Shown: piece by piece, positions 55,170 through 63,002 of the stretch
How positions within the stretch are numbered: the first letter of the stretch is position 1
Layout: every line of letters starts with the position of its first letter
From: an uncultured virus (IMG/VR IMGVR_UViG_3300027896_000025)
Lineage: Duplodnaviria > Heunggongvirae > Uroviricota > Caudoviricetes
Virus record (IMG/VR): IMGVR_UViG_3300027896_000025
DNA: 64,000 nt
Strand: one strand, 5' to 3'
Made by a program: the position numbers and the translations under genes
Notes under the pieces: model-generated
Databases searched by the model: none
What the model was told of the DNA's origin: nothing
The model's input: the letters and a program-made list of their open reading frames with translations, nothing else

Positions 55170-55657
55170 AACAAATTTCCTTATCTCAAGGACTATATAC
55201 ATCAATTGATACACAAGATTTTAAAAGAGTAAATCAATTTAAATGGTATGCCCATCGACCAAAGGGATCAAATTGTTATTATGCTGCAAGAAGTTATCGA
55301 AATACAAAGGGTAAGCGGGGTCTTCTTTACTTACATAGATTTATTTTAAATATATCTAACTCTAAAATTCAAGTTGATCATAAAGATCAAAACGGATTAA
55401 ATAATACAAGAAAAAATCTTAGAACTGCAACCAAACAACAAAATATGCGAAATAGATCAGTAACTAAAACTAATAAATCTGGATTTAAGGGAGTAGATTT
55501 TCATAAAGGAGAACAGAAGTATCGGGCAGCTTTAACTATCGATAGAAAACAAAAACATTTAGGATATTTTAATACAGCTAAAGAGGCATCTCAATGCTAT
55601 GAGAAAAAGGCTAAACAAATATTTGGTAAATTTTATAAAAAATTAGAAAGGAAATAA
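55166..55657 (+). CDS. HNH-AP2 homing endonuclease
   Basis: LHRFIL...VDHKDQNGLNN...NLR; SGFKGV...HLGYF.TAKEA (AP2). Confidence 0.9.
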   Translation: MKQISLSQGLYTSIDTQDFKRVNQFKWYAHRPKGSNCYYAARSYRNTKGKRGLLYLHRFILNISNSKIQVDHKDQNGLNNTRKNLRTATKQQNMRNRSVTKTNKSGFKGVDFHKGEQKYRAALTIDRKQKHLGYFNTAKEASQCYEKKAKQIFGKFYKKLERK

Positions 55658-55948
55658 AATGGATAAAGATCTTAAAAAATCTGAAAATACGTGGTGTGGT
55701 AGAAGTTTAAAGAACTACCTAGCGATGCAACGAAAGGTCGCCGAGGAACGTGGATGTTTGGCTAGATTCCTCGCCTCCAAGACACTAACAGAAGCAAGGA
55801 AAGTCCTTTCCGGTCAGATTAAGAAGTGATGTATGAAAAATTTAAAAGCATTTGCCATCACATTTTATGTAGTAACAGTAGTTATAACAATGTTAATTCT
55901 AGCTTCGCTTTGTATTAATAATGTTGTTGAGTTTATGCGGGGATTCGT

Positions 55949-56242
55949 ATGAAGTACTTATCTGGGCATGAGATTTATCTCCAGTACATCAGTAACAAGT
56001 CAATAGATGTTCCGCCGTTAGCCGCCGCTGATGAAATGGAAATTCAGACTTCGATTTCTCAACTGACTACCCTCGCGTTTGATTTGAATGCGACTCCTGG
56101 AGTTTTTCAATGGTTTATGTTTGGAAAGAAACGAGAGTACCAAAGAGTTTACAACAGTTTCATGGATTGTTTAAGATTCTGGACTTTTAAACGAGGAGTT
56201 AACAAATCTCCATTAGTCTTGAGTAAAGCTGGCAAGGCATAA
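55949..56242 (+). CDS. Hypothetical protein
   Basis: ORF track, coupled. Confidence 0.55.
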   Translation: MKYLSGHEIYLQYISNKSIDVPPLAAADEMEIQTSISQLTTLAFDLNATPGVFQWFMFGKKREYQRVYNSFMDCLRFWTFKRGVNKSPLVLSKAGKA

Positions 56243-56436
56243 TGAAACCTATTAGTAATGAGTTGTATTTTCATTTAAAGTGTTTCATGGAAGATGACAT
56301 GGGAATGTTAGGTCACAACTTAATGATTGATTTTTTTAATTATCGACATAGACAACAGAATTCAGATGAGATTCATAGATTGGATTACTTTTTAGAGAGT
56401 GTAATGACACAGCAACTTCAAAATGAAGAACTTTAA
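56242..56436 (+). CDS. Small EE[LIV]-terminus protein
   Basis: Ends QQLQNEEL. Confidence 0.6.
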   Translation: MKPISNELYFHLKCFMEDDMGMLGHNLMIDFFNYRHRQQNSDEIHRLDYFLESVMTQQLQNEEL

Positions 56437-56617
56437 AGATCAGAAATGTTTAGGACTTGATTCTATTGTAGATTACAAACTGGATCGAATGTTAGGACAG
56501 AGTATTGATGATTTTATTTATATTGATGTGTATCTGAAACTACGTGAAATGAAAGTTATTATGTTACGAAATGAAATAACTGAACAATTACATAATGAGG
56601 AACTAAATGAAGACTAA
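56423..56617 (+). CDS. Small EE[LIV]-terminus protein
   Basis: Ends EQLHNEELNED; MLG....DF..Y is shared with the upstream ORF. Confidence 0.6.
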   Translation: MKNFKDQKCLGLDSIVDYKLDRMLGQSIDDFIYIDVYLKLREMKVIMLRNEITEQLHNEELNED

Positions 56618-56960
56618 AGGTCGTGGTTTAAAATATGATTTTGGAAAACCTCGTATGGATCTTCTGCCTTACGATGCACTTAAAGAAGTTGCAAACGTTC
56701 TAGGATTCGGAAGTAAAAAATATACCGATGGTAACTGGGCAAAAGGAATAGAGATTTCTCGTTCAATCGCTGCAACTCTGCGACACGTTGGAGAATTTAC
56801 TGAAGGTAGAGACATAGACGAAGAATCAGGTCTGAACCATCTAGCACACGCAGCATGTGATTTACTAATGACATTATGGACTTTGAAACATCATCCTGAG
56901 TTAGACGATCGATGGATTAAACAGGTACAGAAAGAACTTGACAACCAAGAAGAAAAGTAG
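56607..56960 (+). CDS. dATP/dGTP diphosphohydrolase-like protein (DUF5664)
   Basis: GLKYDFGKPRMDLLP...FGSKKY...NW.KG...RH...DEESGLNHLAHAAC. Confidence 0.85.
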   Translation: MKTKGRGLKYDFGKPRMDLLPYDALKEVANVLGFGSKKYTDGNWAKGIEISRSIAATLRHVGEFTEGRDIDEESGLNHLAHAACDLLMTLWTLKHHPELDDRWIKQVQKELDNQEEK

Positions 56961-56966
56961 TACAAT
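56938..56966 (+). promoter_or_regulatory. sigma70-type promoter
   Basis: TTGACA-17-TACAAT. Confidence 0.8.
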
Positions 56967-57236
56967 GTACTCAAGAAGGTGATAAGTATGCAGCACGAAA
57001 GTATGTGGCTCTGGTTTTTTGTGATACTATCTTCAGATCTTGTTGCTGGGGCTTTATTATGGGGAGCACAGATACTGTATACTAAACATGTTAAGAAGAG
57101 TAAGCGTCGCCGTGCTAAAGTTGTGTTACTAAAAAGGAATGCAGAATGAATGTATTTGTCGCAGCAGCGTTGTGGTGTTTTTTGTGGTACAACTTGGGTA
57201 AAAAGCATGGACGAGAAGATCTGTTAAAGGAACAGA

Positions 57237-57668
57237 ATGAAATCAGTAAAAAATGATAAATTACTGTACGTCGATTGCGATGATTCACTAATTCTGTGGA
57301 ATCTATCGAAATATCCAAAGTTCCCTAAAGTAACAATTAATACTGTTAAAGGTCCGTGTATTTTAGCCGTCCATAAAAAGAACATCAACTTGTTAATCAA
57401 GTTTGCAAAGCTTGGATACGGGATTGTGTTGTGGTCAGGTAGCGGATACCGATGGGCTGAGAAAGTTGCTAAGGCTGTAGGAATTGACCAGTACGTTGAT
57501 ATATATCTTTGTAAACCGCAGTACTACTTAGATGACTTCCCATGCCAGTACTGGATGGGGACAAGGATTTACCGCGATCCTGTTACCGGAATCGATGCCT
57601 ACAACAAAGTCCAAGGTGAACTTGAAACCGAATCACTACCTGAAAAACTAAAGAAGAAAAAGAAATGA
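57237..57668 (+). CDS. HAD-superfamily phosphatase-like protein
   Basis: VDCDDSL (DxD), LWSGSG, KP...LDD. Confidence 0.78.
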   Translation: MKSVKNDKLLYVDCDDSLILWNLSKYPKFPKVTINTVKGPCILAVHKKNINLLIKFAKLGYGIVLWSGSGYRWAEKVAKAVGIDQYVDIYLCKPQYYLDDFPCQYWMGTRIYRDPVTGIDAYNKVQGELETESLPEKLKKKKK

Positions 57669-58006
57669 TGATCGCTGTCGGAGATGTATTCGAAGTTCAC
57701 CAAGCAGGGGTTCCTCCGTTTACTGTTAAGGTAGGTCAGATTTGGCCGGGAGCCGCTGGAAAACTACATTACTTGTTTGAACAATCTCTTCCAAATGGAT
57801 ACTCTAGTTGGTCGTTGACTGAAGATGAGATACAAGAACGAATCAATGATGGAAGATACAAGTTCCTAAGTTCTGGCACTGGACCAGGATACTTGTCATT
57901 TGGAACTCCTAGTGGTACGGGTTGTGAATGTGGAGCTTATAGTTGTGGACATAATACACCATCACCAAGACATTCGTTGTGGTGCCCAATGTACAGAAAG
58001 ACTTAA
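57665..58006 (+). CDS. Hypothetical protein with C-terminal CECG...HS.WCP Zn motif
   Basis: Motif visible in translation. Confidence 0.62.
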   Translation: MMIAVGDVFEVHQAGVPPFTVKVGQIWPGAAGKLHYLFEQSLPNGYSSWSLTEDEIQERINDGRYKFLSSGTGPGYLSFGTPSGTGCECGAYSCGHNTPSPRHSLWCPMYRKT

Positions 58007-58008
58007 TA

Positions 58009-58569
58009 ATGATCTGGTTTACTAGTGACCTTCACATCGGTCATGAAGCAATCATTAAGTACTGCAATCGTCCTTTTGCTTCAGTCCAAGAGATGAATGA
58101 CACGATTGTTAAACGCTGGAACCAACGAGTCCAGCCCCACGACACCGTCTGGGTGTTAGGTGATCTTACGTTGATGCCATACCAACAGGCTTGGCCGATA
58201 CTATCACAACTCAATGGAAAGAAATACCTCATTAAAGGAAACCATGATAAATTCAGTACAGCCCAGTACGAGAAATTAGGATTCACTGTTTTACTCGAAG
58301 TAAAACTCAAACTGTTTGGAAAAGTATTTCGATTATCCCATTATCCTTATAAACCTTCATGGTTGAGAAAATGGTTCTGCTTCCCTTCTGAGTTACGGTT
58401 CTTAGAGCACCGACCTTCAAAGATCAAGGGGGAATGGTTACTACATGGGCATACCCACAGTCCAAATACTAAGTACAAAAATAGTATCCACGTTGGAGTA
58501 GACGCTCATGAGTTTTATCCTGTATCGATTAAAAAGTTAGAGTCATTAGTAAACAGTTCTAAGGAGTAG
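58009..58569 (+). CDS. Calcineurin-like metallophosphoesterase (start likely ATG 58009)
   Basis: SDLH, LGD, GNHD, SHYP, HGHTH, HVGVD. Confidence 0.9.
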   Translation: MIWFTSDLHIGHEAIIKYCNRPFASVQEMNDTIVKRWNQRVQPHDTVWVLGDLTLMPYQQAWPILSQLNGKKYLIKGNHDKFSTAQYEKLGFTVLLEVKLKLFGKVFRLSHYPYKPSWLRKWFCFPSELRFLEHRPSKIKGEWLLHGHTHSPNTKYKNSIHVGVDAHEFYPVSIKKLESLVNSSKE

Positions 58570-58580
58570 TTTTTTAAAAA

Positions 58581-58763
58581 ATGGACCTAGGACAACGAGT
58601 ATACTTAAAATACGATCTAGATGATAAATTAGATAAGTACTTGTGGAAAGAACTCGCGTTTCCTCAGCGGGCGAAGTGGAGAGATAAGTTTAAGAGTAAC
58701 TACGATTGTATGTGTGAGATTGAGTACGAGATGTATATTCAGCTTAAAGAAGAGGAAGTGTGA
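58581..58763 (+). CDS. Small EE[LIV]-terminus protein
   Basis: FPQRAKWRDK...IQLKEEEV. Confidence 0.62.
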   Translation: MDLGQRVYLKYDLDDKLDKYLWKELAFPQRAKWRDKFKSNYDCMCEIEYEMYIQLKEEEV

Positions 58764-58939
58764 AACGTTTGCAACCGATTGAGTTAAATCTTACCGGAAT
58801 ACTAGTACAACAGTACTACGATACCATAGAGTATCCCCAACGTGTAAACTGGGGAGACAAACTCGGTCATTTTTCTGATAATAGATATAATCTTATGACG
58901 TTATTACGACTTCAACTTAGACAGACTGAGGAGGTATAA
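58760..58939 (+). CDS. Small EE[LIV]-terminus protein, paralog of 58581-58763 (59 aa; not in ORF track)
   Basis: YPQRVNWGDK...LQLRQTEEV. Confidence 0.62.
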   Translation: MKRLQPIELNLTGILVQQYYDTIEYPQRVNWGDKLGHFSDNRYNLMTLLRLQLRQTEEV

Positions 58940-59033
58940 GAACAAGAAGTAATACACAACTTTAAAAATACGTTTGGCGGGTGAGAGGGGTATAGCCCAA
59001 TTTCACCGCAGAGATACACCCCCTACCCCCCCC

Positions 59034-59318
59034 TTGCACGTTCCATGCCATGATTGTTAAGGACAGTTAACAGTTGCATTGGCATGATCATTGTCTATGC
59101 CACAATTGTTAAGACCGATGTCGGCACGGATCTTGCTACGGATCTTGCTATTGCAACCCAAAGCCCAAACCCGATTGGCATGATAGTTGCATGGACAACG
59201 GTGCCCAAAAACGGTGCCCAAAATTGTCGCATAACTTTTAGACACTGTCGAATCCTTAGACACACCTGAATCGAACGGACACCGATTCATTAGTCTTTAA
59301 GTCGGCATGATCGATGCA
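59034..59318. promoter_or_regulatory. Cluster of sigma54 (-24/-12) promoter motifs
   Basis: GG-N10-GC sites at 59034-59050(-), 59122-59137(+), 59176-59191(+) and 59303-59318(+), plus near-misses at 59080-59095(+) and 59088-59102(-). Confidence 0.7.
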
Positions 59319-59330
59319 CTAACTATACTC

Positions 59331-59423
59331 ATGCTGTTCTTAATTCTAATAATAGTCGGACTAATAACGCACCCAATACTAACGATCGCTCTATTAATTG
59401 TCGCGTTAATGTTCGGCGTCTAG
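59331..59423 (+). CDS. 30-aa hydrophobic micro-protein
   Basis: MLFLILIIVGLITHPILTIALLIVALMFGV; ATG 14 nt after the -12 C of a sigma54 motif. Confidence 0.5.
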   Translation: MLFLILIIVGLITHPILTIALLIVALMFGV

Positions 59424-59446
59424 AAACGTCTGAAAAGAGGTATACA

Positions 59447-59701
59447 ATGAAATTTCAATATAAGTCTGAAGTGAATGAATGGATTGAAAATAATAACGTC
59501 AATTGTCACACAATTAGCTTTTACAGTGATCTAGATGGGAATGAAGTATCAGACTGTGAATTCACAACCTGTGACGTGACGGGTGAACAGGGGAATTGTG
59601 CTCAATGCTGTGCGCTCGACAATGACGGGAATGTGTTCGAATTTTACGCTCTAGACGCTGTTATTGGTGACTATTTGGGTAAAATCGCGGGTGCATTTTA
59701 A
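59447..59701 (+). CDS. Acidic Cys-containing early protein
   Basis: GAGG SD; ORF track. Confidence 0.6.
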   Translation: MKFQYKSEVNEWIENNNVNCHTISFYSDLDGNEVSDCEFTTCDVTGEQGNCAQCCALDNDGNVFEFYALDAVIGDYLGKIAGAF

Positions 59702-60218
59702 ATACTTGATTGTGAGGATGTTATGAGACAATACTATAGGTTTTTAATTAATTGGCTGGATGTTCACGGTCGACGTTCTAATATGAGTCGGCATGTGTCG
59801 CTGAAACGTCTGTTAACGATCGGAGTCTAATAGTTAAGAAATCTTAACAATCGCACTAACAGTTTCAAGGAGTCGTTATGTATAATACAATCAATTCAGA
59901 CTATTGGTATGATCAAGTCGGTGAACAGTATATAGTGTATTGCTGTCTTTACCCTATAGCAACGGTCGATACTGAACAGCAAGCGTTGAACATTGTCAGA
60001 ACCAAGTATTTGACTGAAGATTTTGAGGAATAATATATAACGTGTCTTAAGGTCAGCATTCTACGTTCTACCCGCCTTACCTTACCATTTTGTCCCAATG
60101 CCTTGACTTGACTCCTCAATCGGTTATTAATACCCGTGATTCAGGTCTACAGGTCGAGTTTACGGTCAACTTCTAATAGTCGAGCTATTAGAGCGTTATA
60201 CGTTCGGTTTACAGTCGA

Positions 60219-60355
60219 GTATCGGTGTATAATTTAATACCGATTTACTGTATTCTACGGTATTCCTTTTTTTGTTTCTTGATTTAGTACTTGTATTCTT
60301 TATTTGTTAACATCCTAAATTTTAGTACCGATTCTGTGTAAATTTTAATACCGAT
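60219..60355. repeat. Iteron-like repeats (AATTT(T)ARTACCGAT x3) around a T-rich tract; candidate origin or operator
   Basis: Copies at 60231-60244, 60317-60332 and 60340-60355; inverted half-site ATCGGT at 60221. Confidence 0.5.
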
Positions 60356-60393
60356 CGTGTGTGCAACGGTACTGTTATTTACACTGATTTTAA

Positions 60394-60422
60394 TTGACTT
60401 GACTTAAATCGTATGATACACT
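60394..60422 (+). promoter_or_regulatory. sigma70-type promoter
   Basis: TTGACT-17-TACACT with extended TG. Confidence 0.68.
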
Positions 60423-60440
60423 AGTATTGAGGTTTAGGTT

Positions 60441-60800
60441 ATGCTGAATAAATCTAAAATGAGTCAAATCAATACTGGATACTTTAAAACCCCTAATGCG
60501 GTTTTTAGTCTTGATTTACCTTTGGTATGTATTGGAATGTATTGTTATTTTTTATCATGTGGCGAAGACTTCAATCCAAGTATTCCTATTATATGCAAGG
60601 TCTTAGGTATTAATAAAAATACTTGTTACAAGTACTTGAACATCTTAATTCAGTGTAACTTGATACGTGTTGTATCATCGGGACACCGTAAACTTGACGG
60701 TAAACCCAGTGTATCGGCGGTTTACTCTTTAGTCGGTCCTAAGTTATGGACTAAACACATTAAGACAAAAAACGTCGGCGTGTCAGATAAGACACCTTGA
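60441..60800 (+). CDS. Winged-helix DNA-binding protein (replication-initiator N-domain-like)
   Basis: YFKTPNAVF...GMYCYFLS...PSIPIICKVLGINKNTCYKYLNILIQCNLI. Confidence 0.72.
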   Translation: MLNKSKMSQINTGYFKTPNAVFSLDLPLVCIGMYCYFLSCGEDFNPSIPIICKVLGINKNTCYKYLNILIQCNLIRVVSSGHRKLDGKPSVSAVYSLVGPKLWTKHIKTKNVGVSDKTP

Positions 60801-60934
60801 TTTTATTGGGGATAAGTACCGTTTAGGTTCTTTACACATGATCAATCCTTAGACACTGTAACTCATTCGAATTATTATAACTTTTAAAACCTTTTAAAAC
60901 AGACTATAATTATTGAATTTATTAGTCTTTTACT

Positions 60935-60950
60935 TGGCATTAGCGTTGCA
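60935..60950 (+). promoter_or_regulatory. sigma54 (-24/-12) promoter motif
   Basis: TGGCATTAGCGTTGCA; shares upstream elements and spacing with the 59303 site. Confidence 0.72.
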
Positions 60951-60962
60951 TTGAATAGTAGT

Positions 60963-61058
60963 ATGAAGGTTGTTACAAAGGTTATCAAGGTAACTAGAAT
61001 TAGTCTTAAAGAGTTTAGACGGTTACTTGATTTAGGTTACACAATCGTTTTTAAATGA
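60963..61058 (+). CDS. 31-aa micro-protein
   Basis: MKVVTKVIKVTRISLKEFRRLLDLGYTIVFK; ATG 14 nt after the -12 C; no SD. Confidence 0.5.
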   Translation: MKVVTKVIKVTRISLKEFRRLLDLGYTIVFK

Positions 61059-61261
61059 AAGGTGATAACATGATTAATAAAATTAAGTTACCTAAATTTG
61101 AATTAACAGACCTTGAAGATTTAATCCGTCAACTAGAATTTATGTATCTAATTTTGTCTCAAGATAAGACGGGTAAAAAAAATCCCGGTTGAATTGTCTC
61201 AAAACATGGTCAAGTTATATAAATCTTTAAAGAACTATACAATCTAATGAGAGGTGAAGTT

Positions 61262-61507
61262 ATGCGAGTAATTAAAGTTGTTCCTAGCAAACGGTATCAA
61301 CATAAATTAACAGGTAAACAGGTTTCAATTTATGGTGCACATCCGGCATCGTCGCCGAATGAATACAATGATTGGGAAGTTGTCACGGTTGGATGGACGT
61401 GGGAATTAGACAATGGCACGATTGGATTATGTAGACAACCTGCTAAAACGGAAGCTGAAGCTATCGAAATAATGAATCAATTTAATAACAGATTGGATGT
61501 AACATGA
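61262..61507 (+). CDS. Early hypothetical protein (start likely ATG 61262)
   Basis: GAGGTG SD before MRVIKV. Confidence 0.6.
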   Translation: MRVIKVVPSKRYQHKLTGKQVSIYGAHPASSPNEYNDWEVVTVGWTWELDNGTIGLCRQPAKTEAEAIEIMNQFNNRLDVT

Positions 61508-61824
61508 GTACTAAACTGACTAAAAACATCACAGTAACTCTTTTATCAGGTCGAACCGTCACCGCTGAAGTAACTGCGACGATTGTTCACGATCCGTCAT
61601 ACGGTGCTGACGCTGACGGTAATCGTGGGGTATCGATGGATTTTGTTGACGTGATTGAATTTGACCCACCTATGTACAATGACTACGACGAACCCTTGAC
61701 GCTAGACGAAAGAAACGAAGCAGACGAATTGTTATGCGACGCCGCTGAATCGGACGATTGGGAAGAGGATAACAGCCCAAATTACGATTGGGACAACTAC
61801 TATAACCAAGAATGGGATAACTAA
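61504..61824 (+). CDS. Acidic early protein
   Basis: YGADADGNRG motif; very D/E-rich. Confidence 0.65.
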   Translation: MSTKLTKNITVTLLSGRTVTAEVTATIVHDPSYGADADGNRGVSMDFVDVIEFDPPMYNDYDEPLTLDERNEADELLCDAAESDDWEEDNSPNYDWDNYYNQEWDN

Positions 61825-61843
61825 TTGAAAGGAAACGTGATTT

Positions 61844-62083
61844 ATGAAAGTTAGGATTAGGCTTGATCATCTTTACGACGTGACCGAACACGGTTCAACA
61901 AGGTATCGTCTTGAACTTAAGGAAATGATATCGATGCTTAAAAGGTATGGCATACCGAAGTCTGAGTTAGATGTTGCGTTCAAGTCGATGAATCCAGACG
62001 ATAACTGTATTCACTTCGGGATTAACAGGACGTTTATGTTTAGTAACCAAGAACCTGAAACCGCACTTTACGGTAACGCTTGA
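61844..62083 (+). CDS. Early hypothetical protein
   Basis: SD plus ORF. Confidence 0.6.
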   Translation: MKVRIRLDHLYDVTEHGSTRYRLELKEMISMLKRYGIPKSELDVAFKSMNPDDNCIHFGINRTFMFSNQEPETALYGNA

Positions 62084-62094
62084 AAGGTTGAAGT

Positions 62095-62373
62095 ATGGTT
62101 TACTACGTGACGATTGGTGGAATAGACTACGCTTGGTGTTACACTTTGAAACAGGCTAAGTCAGTAGTTAGTAGGTTGGGTAAAATCAAGACAGGTTCGA
62201 AACATAACCCCCGAATTTCAATTGATGCGTACAACGGGACGCAACACGGCGACGGTGGAGCATTTCGGTATCTTTTAGACTTTGATAAAAAGAAGTTTAA
62301 AAAAGTACCTTACGACGATGCAAGAGCTAGGTTATGGGTTTTAAATGATATGTATATTGAAAGGATTGTATGA
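62095..62373 (+). CDS. Early hypothetical protein
   Basis: SD plus ORF. Confidence 0.6.
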   Translation: MVYYVTIGGIDYAWCYTLKQAKSVVSRLGKIKTGSKHNPRISIDAYNGTQHGDGGAFRYLLDFDKKKFKKVPYDDARARLWVLNDMYIERIV

Positions 62374-62555
62374 GTCACTTAACCGGGTACTGTAAACATT
62401 CCGAAACCGATTGGTGTGAACATTGCAAAGAAGGTTGTAACGATTGTGGTTCGCTTGAAGACTTGAACGACGACGGGTATTGTGAGAGATGTTCGTTCGA
62501 AAGGGCGTGTTGCGCCGCTGACGCAATCCATGACCGAATGAAAGACGGTGATTAG
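62370..62555 (+). CDS. Cys-rich Zn-binding early protein
   Basis: CEHC, CNDC and CERC pairs. Confidence 0.6.
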   Translation: MSHLTGYCKHSETDWCEHCKEGCNDCGSLEDLNDDGYCERCSFERACCAADAIHDRMKDGD

Positions 62556-62689
62556 TATGGTTCGTAAAGAACGAATACGAAGGATTCTTTCACTTAAAAA
62601 ACGGATTAAGAAACTTAAGATTAAAGAGTTGAATGAATTAGCTGATTTATTTGCAAAAGAAGTAATGTATCGACTGAAAAGGCGGTAAC

Positions 62690-62887
62690 ATGGAAATTCA
62701 TAGTGATAAACTAATTACGTTGTTAAATGCTATAGACACTTTAACAGGGTATCATGAAAACGGTCCAGTCAATAACTACACGTTAGACGAAATGATTAAT
62801 ATCATTAGGATTGAGGCTGATTTAGTACGTCACGAATTGGAAACGGAGGAGAAAGATGCAAAAACCACGCCAAAAGCCCGAAGTTAA
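62690..62887 (+). CDS. Early hypothetical protein
   Basis: ORF track. Confidence 0.55.
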   Translation: MEIHSDKLITLLNAIDTLTGYHENGPVNNYTLDEMINIIRIEADLVRHELETEEKDAKTTPKARS

Positions 62888-63002
62888 AGAAGAAACACTT
62901 CTTGACATTTCGGACGAAACATGGGATTATTTACAAGAAACCGGATGGGATTCAGGCGACGACGTTAAGATATCGGATCTAAATGAATGGTTGGAGGATT
63001 AA

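Noticed and set aside
59054..59290. ORFs 59054-59269(+) and 59057-59290(-) from the track
   Set aside because: No SD, repeat-derived sequence, and they coincide with the promoter-motif array; most likely non-coding.
59034..60355. CRISPR or mini-array
   Set aside because: The repeats are 10-16 nt, irregularly spaced or tandem, without constant-length spacers; no cas genes.
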